In this document: positions 1 to 8,898 of the stretch, one piece after another
How the letters are laid out: the number at the start of each line of letters is the position of its first letter
Numbering within the stretch: the stretch's first letter is position 1
NCBI GenBank assembly: GCA_041546475.1
Contig: JBFEWI010000001.1
Coordinates: 1 to 36,492 of the forward strand
Length of the DNA stretch: 36,492 bases
Reading direction: 5' to 3'
Source of the DNA: Sulfurovum sp.
GTDB lineage: Bacteria > Campylobacterota > Campylobacteria > Campylobacterales > Sulfurovaceae
The notes under the pieces: generated by a model
What the model was told of the DNA's origin: nothing
Databases searched by the model: none
The model's input: the letters and a program-made list of their open reading frames with translations, nothing else
Position numbers and translations under genes: made by a program

Positions 1-297
1 CACGATCCAACAGACTTTTGCTGAGGGGAGCGCATAAAGGGAATTTCGTGTCTCACCGATACAAACTCTGCTGAATTCATCTTTTGTAATCGTGATATTA
101 CCATCAGAATTGATCATATCCAGATACAATACTTTGGTGACATTGGTGGTTTTTTTAGACTTTTCCAAATATTGGGCAAGTTGTTGATTGGAGTCCTGCA
201 TCATATCGACTGAAGAGAAAAGGGCTACGATCACGATACCCATAAGGGCAATGGAGATAAGTACTTCTAAAAGGGTGAATGCTTTACGTTTAGTCAT
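1..297 (-). CDS. T2SS minor pseudopilin, GspJ-like (partial; 3' end lies beyond the window)
   Basis: Not in the ORF track. Read by hand from ATG 297-295: MTKRKA|FTLLEVLISIALMGIVIVALFSS..., open to base 1. Class III (prepilin) signal with Glu5; directly follows gspE. Confidence 0.85.
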   Translation of the reverse strand, partial: MTKRKAFTLLEVLISIALMGIVIVALFSSVDMMQDSNQQLAQYLEKSKKTTNVTKVLYLDMINSDGNITITKDEFSRVCIGETRNSLYALPSAKVCWIV

Positions 298-302
298 GGA
301 CC

Positions 303-1817
303 TTAGCCGTCCATCAGTCCGACACGGATCGCTTCTTCATAGCTTGTTTCACCCGCTAAAAGCATCGCTTTGAGTTTATCGGCGATGGTTTTCATTCCCT
401 CTTTTTTCATCGCTTCTCTGATCTGATGGTCATTGAAATCATCTTTCATCATCTGTTTCACCTTATCGTCAATGACAAAAAGTTCTCCAATGGCCTGTCT
501 GCCCTTATAGCCTGTAAAATCGCACGCTTTGCACCCTACTGCTTTAAAGAAGATCTTCTCTTCAGGCACGCCTATCTCCTGTGCGATTGCAGGTGCAAGC
601 TTTATCTCCTCTTTACAGTGCACACAGAGTTTACGTGTAAGCCTTTGGGCCAGTACACCCAACAGGGTAGAAGAGACAAGAAAGTTCGCTATACCCATGT
701 CCATCAAACGGCTCAAAGCTGACGTTGCATCATTAGTATGCAGGGTGGAGAGCAGCAGGTGCCCGGTCAATGCTGAACGCAGTGCGATCTCTGCTGTTTC
801 GTTATCACGTATCTCTCCTACCATGATAATGTCCGGGTCCTGTCTCAAAATAGAACGTAACCCTGCTGCAAAGGTCAGCCCTACTTTGCTGTTGACCTGT
901 ATCTGGGAGATATTGTCTGCATTGTACTCCACCGGATCCTCTACAGTAATGATATTCTTATCCGGCGTGGCGACATGCTGAAGACAGGCATGCAGGGTGG
1001 TTGATTTACCTGAACCTGTGGGTCCGGTGACCAGTATCATACCGTGTGCATGGTTAAGCAGTCTATAGAGATCCTGCGTGATCTCATCTACAAAACCTAA
1101 AGATTCCAGTGTGGGGATATGCTCGGTTTGCGCAAGGATCCTCATCACGACCCTCTCTCCGTGATAGGTCGGGAGTATAGAAACCCTGACATCGATACTT
1201 TTTCCGGAGATCGCCAACTGTGTTCGCCCGTCCTGCGGTACTCTTTTCTCAGAGATATCCAGATTTGATATGACCTTGATACGGTTAATGACCAAGTTCA
1301 CAATACTTTTGTCAAGATCTAAATGTTTTTTCAGAGCACCGTCCATACGTAGACGTACTTCACCCTTCTTGTCTCCGCTCTCAATGTGAATATCACTGGC
1401 TCCTTTTTGGAGTGCCTGGAAAAAGAGTGAATTGACCAGCTTGATGATCGGGGCCGATTCTTCACTTGAAAGCAGGTCCTGAGAATTACGAATAAATTCA
1501 AGCAGGTCAGATTCAACCTCTATGAGCTCCTCTGAGGTCGTTGCCATCTCATCAAAATCGGATCCTGTCTGGATCTCCAAAAATTTATTTTTTAAGCGTT
1601 CAAAGCTCTCGGCATCTACCATTGTAATAGGATAATCCAACGAGAGTTTTGAGAGATAGTTCAGTGCATCGCCCAGTGTCTTTTCTTCAACAATACAGGT
1701 TTTGACATCATCGATCATAGAAAAAAGTAAAAAGTGCCTGATTGCCAGCTTGTGATTTATCTCTTCTTCCCAGAGAGGGTCAAGGTTTACATCCTGAAGG
1801 CGGGGAAAATGCATCAT
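303..1817 (-). CDS. gspE: T2SS assembly ATPase GspE/PulE
   Basis: Walker A GPTGSGKST, TVEDPVEY, LRQDPDIIMVGEIRD, TGHLLLSTLHTN, CxxC...CxxC zinc motif; lies in a gsp cluster. Confidence 0.95.
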   Translation of the reverse strand: MMHFPRLQDVNLDPLWEEEINHKLAIRHFLLFSMIDDVKTCIVEEKTLGDALNYLSKLSLDYPITMVDAESFERLKNKFLEIQTGSDFDEMATTSEELIEVESDLLEFIRNSQDLLSSEESAPIIKLVNSLFFQALQKGASDIHIESGDKKGEVRLRMDGALKKHLDLDKSIVNLVINRIKVISNLDISEKRVPQDGRTQLAISGKSIDVRVSILPTYHGERVVMRILAQTEHIPTLESLGFVDEITQDLYRLLNHAHGMILVTGPTGSGKSTTLHACLQHVATPDKNIITVEDPVEYNADNISQIQVNSKVGLTFAAGLRSILRQDPDIIMVGEIRDNETAEIALRSALTGHLLLSTLHTNDATSALSRLMDMGIANFLVSSTLLGVLAQRLTRKLCVHCKEEIKLAPAIAQEIGVPEEKIFFKAVGCKACDFTGYKGRQAIGELFVIDDKVKQMMKDDFNDHQIREAMKKEGMKTIADKLKAMLLAGETSYEEAIRVGLMDG

Positions 1818-3799
1818 ACTTCCTCTAAGATACTTAAATTGCTTTTAGGTTTTCTCTGAATTCTTCTGCTTGCGGGAACAATGGCCTCTTCGGCAGAGAT
1901 ACCTGTTTTTTCTTCCAGCGCTTCATTGAAGAAAGTATTATATCTGCTCTGTACCTCTTCGAGTTCAGCCAGCATACTTTTCAACTTCTGAAGGTCCCCA
2001 CTTTCTCTCACGATATACGGTGTAAGATAGATCACGACATTCTGTTCCTGCTCTATATCTGACGTATGCTTGAACAACTCTCCTAAGACCGGAATATCTC
2101 CCAGCAATGGTACTTTAGAGATCCCTTTACCACCTGTTCTCTTGATCAATCCGCCTAGTATGATCATCTCACCGTTATTCACGATCGCATTGGTCTTCAC
2201 GGTTCTTTTTGTCGTTGTTGGTCTGTCTGCCATTTGTGCCGAAGAAGGGTCGATATCTTCCAGTACGGTCTCTACTTCCAAGGTGACTTTATTGGTGCTC
2301 GAGAGTCTTGGTTTCACCTTGAGACTCAGACCGATATCCTCTCTTGAATAGTTGTTGACCACATTGGAGACACCTGTAGTGGATTGCTGCGCCTGTGTCA
2401 AGATGGACATTGTCTGACCGACATAGATCTCAGCTTCTTTGTTGTTGGTACAAAGCACAGAGGGTTCGCTTAAGATACGTGCAGCACCATTATTCTCCAA
2501 AAGATCCAGTGTAGCACCCAAAGCAAAGACCTTATCCACTGCATCAAACGAAAAAGCCGGGTCATTAGAGTAGATCGGATTGCCATTCGGATCAAACCCT
2601 TCAAAGTTATTTGTATTCGCATTCAAAAAGCCTAAAAGCGCAGGAGAGATCTGCAGTGCCGAAGCTCCCATATTCCCTGCCAGCGTATAGAGACCGTTAG
2701 AGGTGATAGCCCCGCCATTAAATCCGTATTTCAATCCGACCTGTTGTGCCATATTGCTGTCGACCTCAACGATCTTCGCTTTGACATACACCTGTACTTT
2801 AGGGATATCGATCCTTCTTATCGTGTCCCTGATATTCTTCATCTGTTCTGCCGTTGCAAGCAGGATCAGTGCATTTCTTTCGATATCCGAGACGACCATC
2901 GCCTTGCTTGGCGGTTCTGCACCTTTGACAGGTGTCTTCATCGCCACATCGTTCATCTGGGAGATCAGTTTGCTCATGATCTTCTCCATCTCTTCGACAT
3001 TGGAGTTTTTGAGCCGGATCACATACATCTTCTGTGTGGTACTCTCACCTTGAATATCGAGCTGTTTGATATACTTGATCATACGGTTGTTATTCTTAGG
3101 GTTACCCACCAGTATGATCGAGTTGGTCGCATCATCTTTAAAGATATCGACCTTTTCGCTCTCGATCGTTTGCGGAAAGATCTTCTTAGACATATTTTGT
3201 GCATTGGCAAAAATATCTTTCACCAAAGAGTTTTTCAATTTGATCACCACCGATTTTTTTTCACCAGTTGTCTCGACCGCATTGATCACTTTTGCGATCG
3301 ATTCCAATACTCTCGGAGTTGCAGTAATGGCCAAGACATTGTTCTCTTTAAAAGAGATCACTTTTGCACTTCTGTCCAAAAGCGGTTTGATCTTTGCACG
3401 AAGTACGGCTGCATTGGTGTTCCTTAACGGGAACATGACCGTTTTCATTGTCTCACCCTTGATAGAGCTGCTTACTTCAAGTCCCTCTCCCGCTGCATCG
3501 GTGCCTTTGACCACTTTATAATACTCACCCTGGTCTATGATCGTTAACCCTTTGCCTCCGAGTATAGAGTTCGCCAAAGAGAAGAGTGCACTTTTTTTAA
3601 TAGGCTTGGTGGATACGAAGTTGATCTTTCCTGTGGGCTCTGCTTCGATCAGGATGTTCTTTTGTGTGATCTTAGAGACCATCTCAATGAAGTCCTTGAC
3701 GCTAAGGTCACGGAAGTTCACATCTACCGTCTCTTCTTCTCCATAGGATGCTACAGACAATACCAGCAATATACTCAATACAATTTTAGTTAACTTCAT
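1814..3799 (-). CDS. gspD: T2SS secretin GspD
   Basis: Signal peptide, N0 start VNFRDLSVKDFIEMVS, QVYVKAKIVEV, C-terminal secretin signature SKVPLLGDIPVLGELF. Confidence 0.95.
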   Translation of the reverse strand: MKLTKIVLSILLVLSVASYGEEETVDVNFRDLSVKDFIEMVSKITQKNILIEAEPTGKINFVSTKPIKKSALFSLANSILGGKGLTIIDQGEYYKVVKGTDAAGEGLEVSSSIKGETMKTVMFPLRNTNAAVLRAKIKPLLDRSAKVISFKENNVLAITATPRVLESIAKVINAVETTGEKKSVVIKLKNSLVKDIFANAQNMSKKIFPQTIESEKVDIFKDDATNSIILVGNPKNNNRMIKYIKQLDIQGESTTQKMYVIRLKNSNVEEMEKIMSKLISQMNDVAMKTPVKGAEPPSKAMVVSDIERNALILLATAEQMKNIRDTIRRIDIPKVQVYVKAKIVEVDSNMAQQVGLKYGFNGGAITSNGLYTLAGNMGASALQISPALLGFLNANTNNFEGFDPNGNPIYSNDPAFSFDAVDKVFALGATLDLLENNGAARILSEPSVLCTNNKEAEIYVGQTMSILTQAQQSTTGVSNVVNNYSREDIGLSLKVKPRLSSTNKVTLEVETVLEDIDPSSAQMADRPTTTKRTVKTNAIVNNGEMIILGGLIKRTGGKGISKVPLLGDIPVLGELFKHTSDIEQEQNVVIYLTPYIVRESGDLQKLKSMLAELEEVQSRYNTFFNEALEEKTGISAEEAIVPASRRIQRKPKSNLSILEEV

Positions 3800-4616
3800 A
3801 TTCTAACTCCATTTCTTCTTTACCTCTTTGAATAACCAGTGTCAGGTTATCGATATTTGCAATATTTTTGTACACATCAAAAGCAGCATTGTAGCTGTCT
3901 ATCTTTTGACCGTTGATAGATTTGATCACATCACCTCTTTGGATCCCCAGCTTCGCGAAAGGCGAACCTTTTCTAATAAAGGAGATACTGAACCCTTCCA
4001 GGTCCTTACCTTTTTTGATCTCCCTGATACCAATATTCTTGTAAATATCATCCATGTTTTTAGCATAATGGTCCAGCAGTGAGCGATCTACGATCTTATG
4101 ATCCCCGGCATCTACTACTTCGCCCTCCACTCTCTTTTCTGAAGAGGCAGAAGCCGCTGAAGGCTGAGCACTTTTGATGCTCCCTGCTCCTTTTCTACTG
4201 ACGATCAGATCGATCTGATAGGTTTTTGCACCTTTACTAAAAGTCGCATAATTGCTCCCTGCACCTTCGAGGACAAATCCATTGATCGCTTCACCTTTGG
4301 CAAGGACTTTTGTTGCACGTTTGTATTCTACCGTCACGACTGTGACATCGGAGGCATTATAGACAGCCAAAAGTTTGATATCCTGAATACGTCCTGCAGT
4401 TTGTACAGGTCTCTTTGACGTAGGTGCTGCTGCATCATTGGGGCTTAGCTTGACCCTATAGTAAAGGGCTTTGGCTCCCCTCTCTTCACTATGGTTTACC
4501 CCCATGGTCGGCAGCCATAGCACTTCAACCACAAACCAGGCCATTTTGATCACAAGCAGCAGGATCAACAGTGACCAGAGCCCTTTTGCAATTTCAGGTT
4601 TAAAAAGATGTTTCAT
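3786..4616 (-). CDS. gspC: T2SS protein GspC-like with C-terminal PDZ domain
   Basis: One N-terminal TM helix; PDZ-like GSPFAKLGIQRGDVIKSING...IQRG; immediately upstream of the secretin. Confidence 0.8.
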   Translation of the reverse strand: MKHLFKPEIAKGLWSLLILLLVIKMAWFVVEVLWLPTMGVNHSEERGAKALYYRVKLSPNDAAAPTSKRPVQTAGRIQDIKLLAVYNASDVTVVTVEYKRATKVLAKGEAINGFVLEGAGSNYATFSKGAKTYQIDLIVSRKGAGSIKSAQPSAASASSEKRVEGEVVDAGDHKIVDRSLLDHYAKNMDDIYKNIGIREIKKGKDLEGFSISFIRKGSPFAKLGIQRGDVIKSINGQKIDSYNAAFDVYKNIANIDNLTLVIQRGKEEMELEYEVN

Positions 4617-5115
4617 AGAACCATCCTTTTTCAGATTTTTTCAACTGAGACTTTAACATCTCTATGTGCTTGCTCTCATTGAAATCCAAATGTACCGTAC
4701 GCGCATTAAGATCGATCGTACCTGTCATCCCGCCAAAAGAACCAACTGCATCCATAGAGACCTTCAGGGGAGAGAGAATAGAGTGTGAGAGCAGTGCATT
4801 TTGCGTCTCTTGCGGTACCATTCTTTTTAAAGAGTCATCCACATGAAGCCCCTGTATCTCGAGGTTGCTGTAGAAAAGCAGCGTAAAGAGGCCCATCTCT
4901 TCAATGGTCGCCACCGGGATACCTTTAAAGTACACCGTGACCTGATGCAGCTTCAAAGAGAAAAATCCTTCATCTATTTGTTCTTCATTGAGTTCCAACT
5001 CCTGCTTGGCAAGCACTTCTTCCAACTTATAATAGAACGCCTGCTTGGGCATCATGACAAGTATGGCAAACCAGGCCACTATCAATACGATACCGCTCTT
5101 TTTTACCATTTGCAT
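4600..5115 (-). CDS. Membrane-anchored T2SS-associated protein (GspN-like by position)
   Basis: N-terminal hydrophobic anchor; overlaps its neighbours in the gsp operon. Family assignment is positional only. Confidence 0.55.
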   Translation of the reverse strand: MQMVKKSGIVLIVAWFAILVMMPKQAFYYKLEEVLAKQELELNEEQIDEGFFSLKLHQVTVYFKGIPVATIEEMGLFTLLFYSNLEIQGLHVDDSLKRMVPQETQNALLSHSILSPLKVSMDAVGSFGGMTGTIDLNARTVHLDFNESKHIEMLKSQLKKSEKGWFYETSF

Positions 5116-5504
5116 TTGAACTCCACATCGTAAGATGAAGCGACTTTTCGTATCTTAAGTGCTTGTATCTCTACAGGAACATTGAGGATCTTGGTCACAA
5201 GAGTATTTAACTCTGCCGCCGTTAAGTTTTTATAGCTTGCTGTCACCTTTTTGTTCTGGCTGTTCCATGTGATCTTGGAAGAGGGGACAAGCGTCTGTAG
5301 CCTCTCTACTTTTTTGCCGGTTCTCGTATCGTCCCATATCTTCTTCAGGGAGATGACCTCTTGGACCTCTTCTAAAGAGTGTCTTGCCTCAGCAAGGCTT
5401 TGAGCCTGAGAGGAGACCTGTGCTGTCTTATACCCATAGGCCCCCAGCATGAAAACAAATGCCATCAGTGCGATCAACTCATTCTGATATCTTTTCCAGG
5501 TCAT
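5103..5504 (-). CDS. T2SS protein GspM-like
   Basis: 133 aa, single N-terminal TM then coiled segment and small alpha/beta domain; follows the GspL-like gene. Confidence 0.6.
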   Translation of the reverse strand: MTWKRYQNELIALMAFVFMLGAYGYKTAQVSSQAQSLAEARHSLEEVQEVISLKKIWDDTRTGKKVERLQTLVPSSKITWNSQNKKVTASYKNLTAAELNTLVTKILNVPVEIQALKIRKVASSYDVEFKCKW

Positions 5505-6424
5505 AGTGTACCTTCTATCTTCAAGTCATTACTCCCTGAAACAGTTGAAGTTTTGAGGTTGTTCTTTGCTGCCAACTGCTTAAGACGCTTTGCAACCTGG
5601 GCATCTTTACAGGTAAAGTGTATTTTATAGCGCTTGGCATCTATCTCCAAGGAAGAGAGTGTCACACCTTTAAAGATCATCCCTGATGCCATTTTAACGA
5701 TCTCCCGCTTTTTTCGTTCGGTTGTATCGATCGCTTTGTATTTGCTCATGATACTCTCTCGTGTATAGGTACTCTGAAGCGTCGGATAAGCGGAAAGCAG
5801 TTCTTGCATCTTGGCCTCTCCAGCTTGTGCATCATCACTGTAACGACTCCCCTCAATGAAGAACATTAAGGCAAAAAGCACAAATATAGCTGCTAGCATC
5901 GACGCTTGTTTCAGGCTCAGCACGGAACCGTATGCTCCAGAGAGCACGATACCTTTTTTGGGCATAAAGCTGTTGTCAAAGGCCAGTAAAGAAGTATGCT
6001 CGTCTGCAAGAGCCCCTCTTGGAACGACCACTACCGTATGGTCCAAAGAGACAAGTGCATCATTTTCTCCCAATAAAAGCGGTTTATCGAAAAGGTCAAC
6101 GGACTGCTGGGCAAAAAAGAGTTTGGATATGTGCTCCAAAGCAAAACCTTTGCTCTCCAAAAATGCCGTGATCTTTTCTAGATCATACGCCAAGAAGACC
6201 CACGATTCATCCTCTTTCCATACCATATACTCATACTCACCGGCTCCAAGTAAACCTTCAAAAAGTGATGGTGCGATCTTCTTTGCCTGATACGCGTAAC
6301 GGAGGGGCAACAGTTCCTTTTTAATCGTATAGAACTGTGGCGGCAACATGACATTCACCGCTTCTGTCAAAGAGACAGGCTCCATAGAAGGATGTACAAG
6401 AAGTAACGCTTTATTGTCTGCCAT
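5501..6424 (-). CDS. T2SS protein GspL-like
   Basis: Cytoplasmic N-domain, one internal TM (AAIFVLFALMFF), periplasmic C-domain. Start moved from 6496 to ATG 6424 (MADNK...), which gives a short overlap with the upstream gene's stop at 6411. Confidence 0.6.
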   Translation of the reverse strand: MADNKALLLVHPSMEPVSLTEAVNVMLPPQFYTIKKELLPLRYAYQAKKIAPSLFEGLLGAGEYEYMVWKEDESWVFLAYDLEKITAFLESKGFALEHISKLFFAQQSVDLFDKPLLLGENDALVSLDHTVVVVPRGALADEHTSLLAFDNSFMPKKGIVLSGAYGSVLSLKQASMLAAIFVLFALMFFIEGSRYSDDAQAGEAKMQELLSAYPTLQSTYTRESIMSKYKAIDTTERKKREIVKMASGMIFKGVTLSSLEIDAKRYKIHFTCKDAQVAKRLKQLAAKNNLKTSTVSGSNDLKIEGTL

Positions 6425-7334
6425 AAAATTCAAAATATTTTGCCTCTCCCTTAATATATTCAAATCTAAATCCATACTGATCATCTGCCATAGCATAACC
6501 TACGGAGCACTCAGCCGCTTCTAAGAACGTTTCACCCGCAAGAATGCTTTTCCTTTTCTCATACTCTCCTCCATTTTCACGGATAAAATTTTCCAGTGTG
6601 CCTCTCTCTTCAAGCGATGACCACTCTTTGGCCGTTGCAACATCCATCTCAAACAAGTATGCGAGCAGCTCCGGGGAGCTGTACTGGGCATCTATTTTAT
6701 CTGCTTCAGGAGAAAAACTAAAATATTTTTTCCAAGGCACTGCCCCTATCTCAGGATCATCGACCTCAAACTGGTAACGGCTGATGATATCTGTGAACTG
6801 CCTGTAAGATATAATACCGTTTTTTTGGTGAAGCCTGCTTTGCTCTTTTTGCACCAATATGTTCTTCCTGCCCATCTCTTCGAGCAGCATCTCATATAGT
6901 CTTTGCGGATCCTGTATAGTATACTCTTGGGCAATAAATTCAAAAAGCTCTTGTGCTACGGAACTATAGACTGCATTTTTGCCACTGTCTTCCAACCCAA
7001 GCCAGTTGATGTTCACCCCTTTATATAAAGGATCACATTGCAACTGCAGTGAAAACCTGCCATCGGGTGCCTGCAGGGGAAATGCTGTAGTGTATAATAC
7101 AGAAAAAAGGGTTTTTTTATTTTTAATCTCTTGAAATATATTTGTTATATTTTTGTAGTATATATCTGCCTGTATAAGTGCTTTTGTATCACTGGCATCC
7201 TGTTTGACTTCCTCAAAATAACTCAGGAGCACAGTGGTCAATGCGATGATAAGGGCTAGGACCGACAGAGTGATCAGGAGGGCAAAGCCTTGTCTATGCT
7301 TGACACTGTTCTGGGTAGGTTGGGTTTTATCCAT
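6411..7334 (-). CDS. T2SS minor pseudopilin GspK-like
   Basis: RQG|FALLITLSVLALIIAL prepilin signal lacking Glu5 (a GspK hallmark); ~300 aa; 'VNINWL' resembles the GspK 'NLN' motif. Confidence 0.75.
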   Translation of the reverse strand: MDKTQPTQNSVKHRQGFALLITLSVLALIIALTTVLLSYFEEVKQDASDTKALIQADIYYKNITNIFQEIKNKKTLFSVLYTTAFPLQAPDGRFSLQLQCDPLYKGVNINWLGLEDSGKNAVYSSVAQELFEFIAQEYTIQDPQRLYEMLLEEMGRKNILVQKEQSRLHQKNGIISYRQFTDIISRYQFEVDDPEIGAVPWKKYFSFSPEADKIDAQYSSPELLAYLFEMDVATAKEWSSLEERGTLENFIRENGGEYEKRKSILAGETFLEAAECSVGYAMADDQYGFRFEYIKGEAKYFEFYGRQ

Positions 7335-7407
7335 CTAAAAGCTCGATTAAAGTAAAATTTGTACAGTTGGATCAAAATATTATACCAAAGCAAACTAAAG
7401 GACATCT

Positions 7408-7839
7408 ATGAAAAAAAATATGCAACTAAGAGCCGGTTTCTCCCTTATAGAACTACTCATCGTGATCGTTATTTTGGGAGGACTTGTTGCTGTTGTAGCT
7501 CCAGGACTGATGGATGCTGCAGATGAGGCTAAAAGAGATACAGTATGTTTAAAAATGAATGATCTGGGAAAGAGACTTGATATGTTTAAACTTGATAACG
7601 GCACCTACCCCGAAACAGAAGAGGGGTTTGAAGCACTTTTAAGCAACCCCGATGCGGATAAGTATCCTAATTACCGTACAAAACCTTACCTCAAAGAGAT
7701 GCCTAAAGACTCATGGAAAACACCTTTTATCTATATCAACAAGGGTGAAGAGTTTGAACTCATCTCCTTTGCTGCTGACAGAAAAGAGGGTGGTGAAGAT
7801 AGCAATAGAGATATTCTCTTTAGCGAATGTAACAAATAA
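7408..7839 (+). CDS. gspG: T2SS major pseudopilin GspG
   Basis: RAG|FSLIEL, 'LDMFKLDNGTYP', 'PKDSW', acidic Ca-binding-type loop 'AADRKEGGEDSNRD'; RBS AAAGGA. Confidence 0.92.
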   Translation: MKKNMQLRAGFSLIELLIVIVILGGLVAVVAPGLMDAADEAKRDTVCLKMNDLGKRLDMFKLDNGTYPETEEGFEALLSNPDADKYPNYRTKPYLKEMPKDSWKTPFIYINKGEEFELISFAADRKEGGEDSNRDILFSECNK

Positions 7840-7848
7840 GCCACCTTT

Positions 7849-8397
7849 ATGTCCACTCTCAAGAGATATAACGCAAGCAAAGGCTTCTCACTTTTAGAGC
7901 TTCTTATCGTTATTCTCATTGTCTCTATGGTCTATTTCCTTGGTTTTCGGGGGCTGGAGGTAGGTGAAACAAAACCAAAAGCACTCACCCCCCTCAACCT
8001 TAAATCCAATATACTCTCATCAGAGCTCTTTAACGGGAGAGGTACACTGCTCTGTATCGATCAATGCCGTTCGTGTTACTTCAGATCGGATCTCTCCTCT
8101 CCATTTGAAGAGTATACAAGCCCTATAGACCTTACGAATATCCAAGCCTATACACTTGATCCATATGACGCACTGACCCGTATCGAATACGGGCGCTATC
8201 AAGATCAGAAAATTTGTCTGGTCATGGATTTCTTTAAGAATGGAAGTTCCACCCAGATCATTTTGAAAAATGGTGAAGGGAGCTATTTCCTTCCTGCTTT
8301 TTTTGGAGAGCCCCAACGCTTCTCTTCCCCCGAAGAGGCCAAAGAGTATTGGTTAAGAAACAGTGCTTTGGCCTCTGACAGAGGAGCATTCTATTGA
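7849..8397 (+). CDS. T2SS minor pseudopilin (GspH-like)
   Basis: KG|FSLLELLIVILIV prepilin signal; directly after gspG. Confidence 0.75.
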   Translation: MSTLKRYNASKGFSLLELLIVILIVSMVYFLGFRGLEVGETKPKALTPLNLKSNILSSELFNGRGTLLCIDQCRSCYFRSDLSSPFEEYTSPIDLTNIQAYTLDPYDALTRIEYGRYQDQKICLVMDFFKNGSSTQIILKNGEGSYFLPAFFGEPQRFSSPEEAKEYWLRNSALASDRGAFY

Positions 8398-8810
8398 AAC
8401 TGTTACGCCCGGCTTTTACCATTATCGAGATACTGATCTCTGTGATCATCCTTTCACTTGCCATTGTTCCTGTACTCAAAGTACATACGGACAACCATGA
8501 ACAGATCGTCTACATTTCGGAGAGGAATAAACGTGCTTTACAGGATTCTCTTTATTTGGACCCTTCTATTTTTCAGCAACACAAAGAGACAAAGAGCGCT
8601 TATGAGATATTGTCTGGCTCTTTCAAGATAAATGATCTGAAAAGCCGTGAGATATTAAAGAAGAACCAAAGGGAAATCTATATCCCCGAAGTGATCAGGA
8701 TCACGCCTTTGCCTGAAGAGGGAGGACCTGCAGCCATCATTAATGAAGTGATGCTAAAAGATAAACACTCTTCGAACTATTACCAGTTCACATTGGATGC
8801 CTTTCAATAA
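8394..8810 (+). CDS. T2SS minor pseudopilin (GspI-like)
   Basis: RPA|FTIIEILISVIIL prepilin signal; TTG start overlapping the previous stop, with AGGAG RBS. Confidence 0.75.
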   Translation: MKLLRPAFTIIEILISVIILSLAIVPVLKVHTDNHEQIVYISERNKRALQDSLYLDPSIFQQHKETKSAYEILSGSFKINDLKSREILKKNQREIYIPEVIRITPLPEEGGPAAIINEVMLKDKHSSNYYQFTLDAFQ

Positions 8811-8860
8811 AGTGTTACCATCGTGTATCTTTTCTTATAGCTAGATACAGCTAAAAAAGT

Positions 8861-8866
8861 TATAAT
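8861..8866 (+). promoter_or_regulatory. Probable sigma70 -10 element for the gspF operon
   Basis: Perfect TATAAT 32 bp before the gspF ATG; AAGGA RBS lies between them. Confidence 0.55.
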
Positions 8867-8898
8867 ACCTGTAATCTACTGCAAGGATATAGACGCGG

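Noticed and set aside
2744-3427. Long antisense ORFs (e.g. 227 aa here, 206 aa at 20166, 191 aa at 9121, 185 aa at 32766)
   Set aside because: Shadow frames of well-supported genes on the opposite strand, with no motifs.
8824-8849. TGTATCT-N12-AGATACA dyad upstream of the gspF promoter
   Set aside because: 7-bp AT-rich arms with no second instance found; cannot tell operator, terminator or chance apart.
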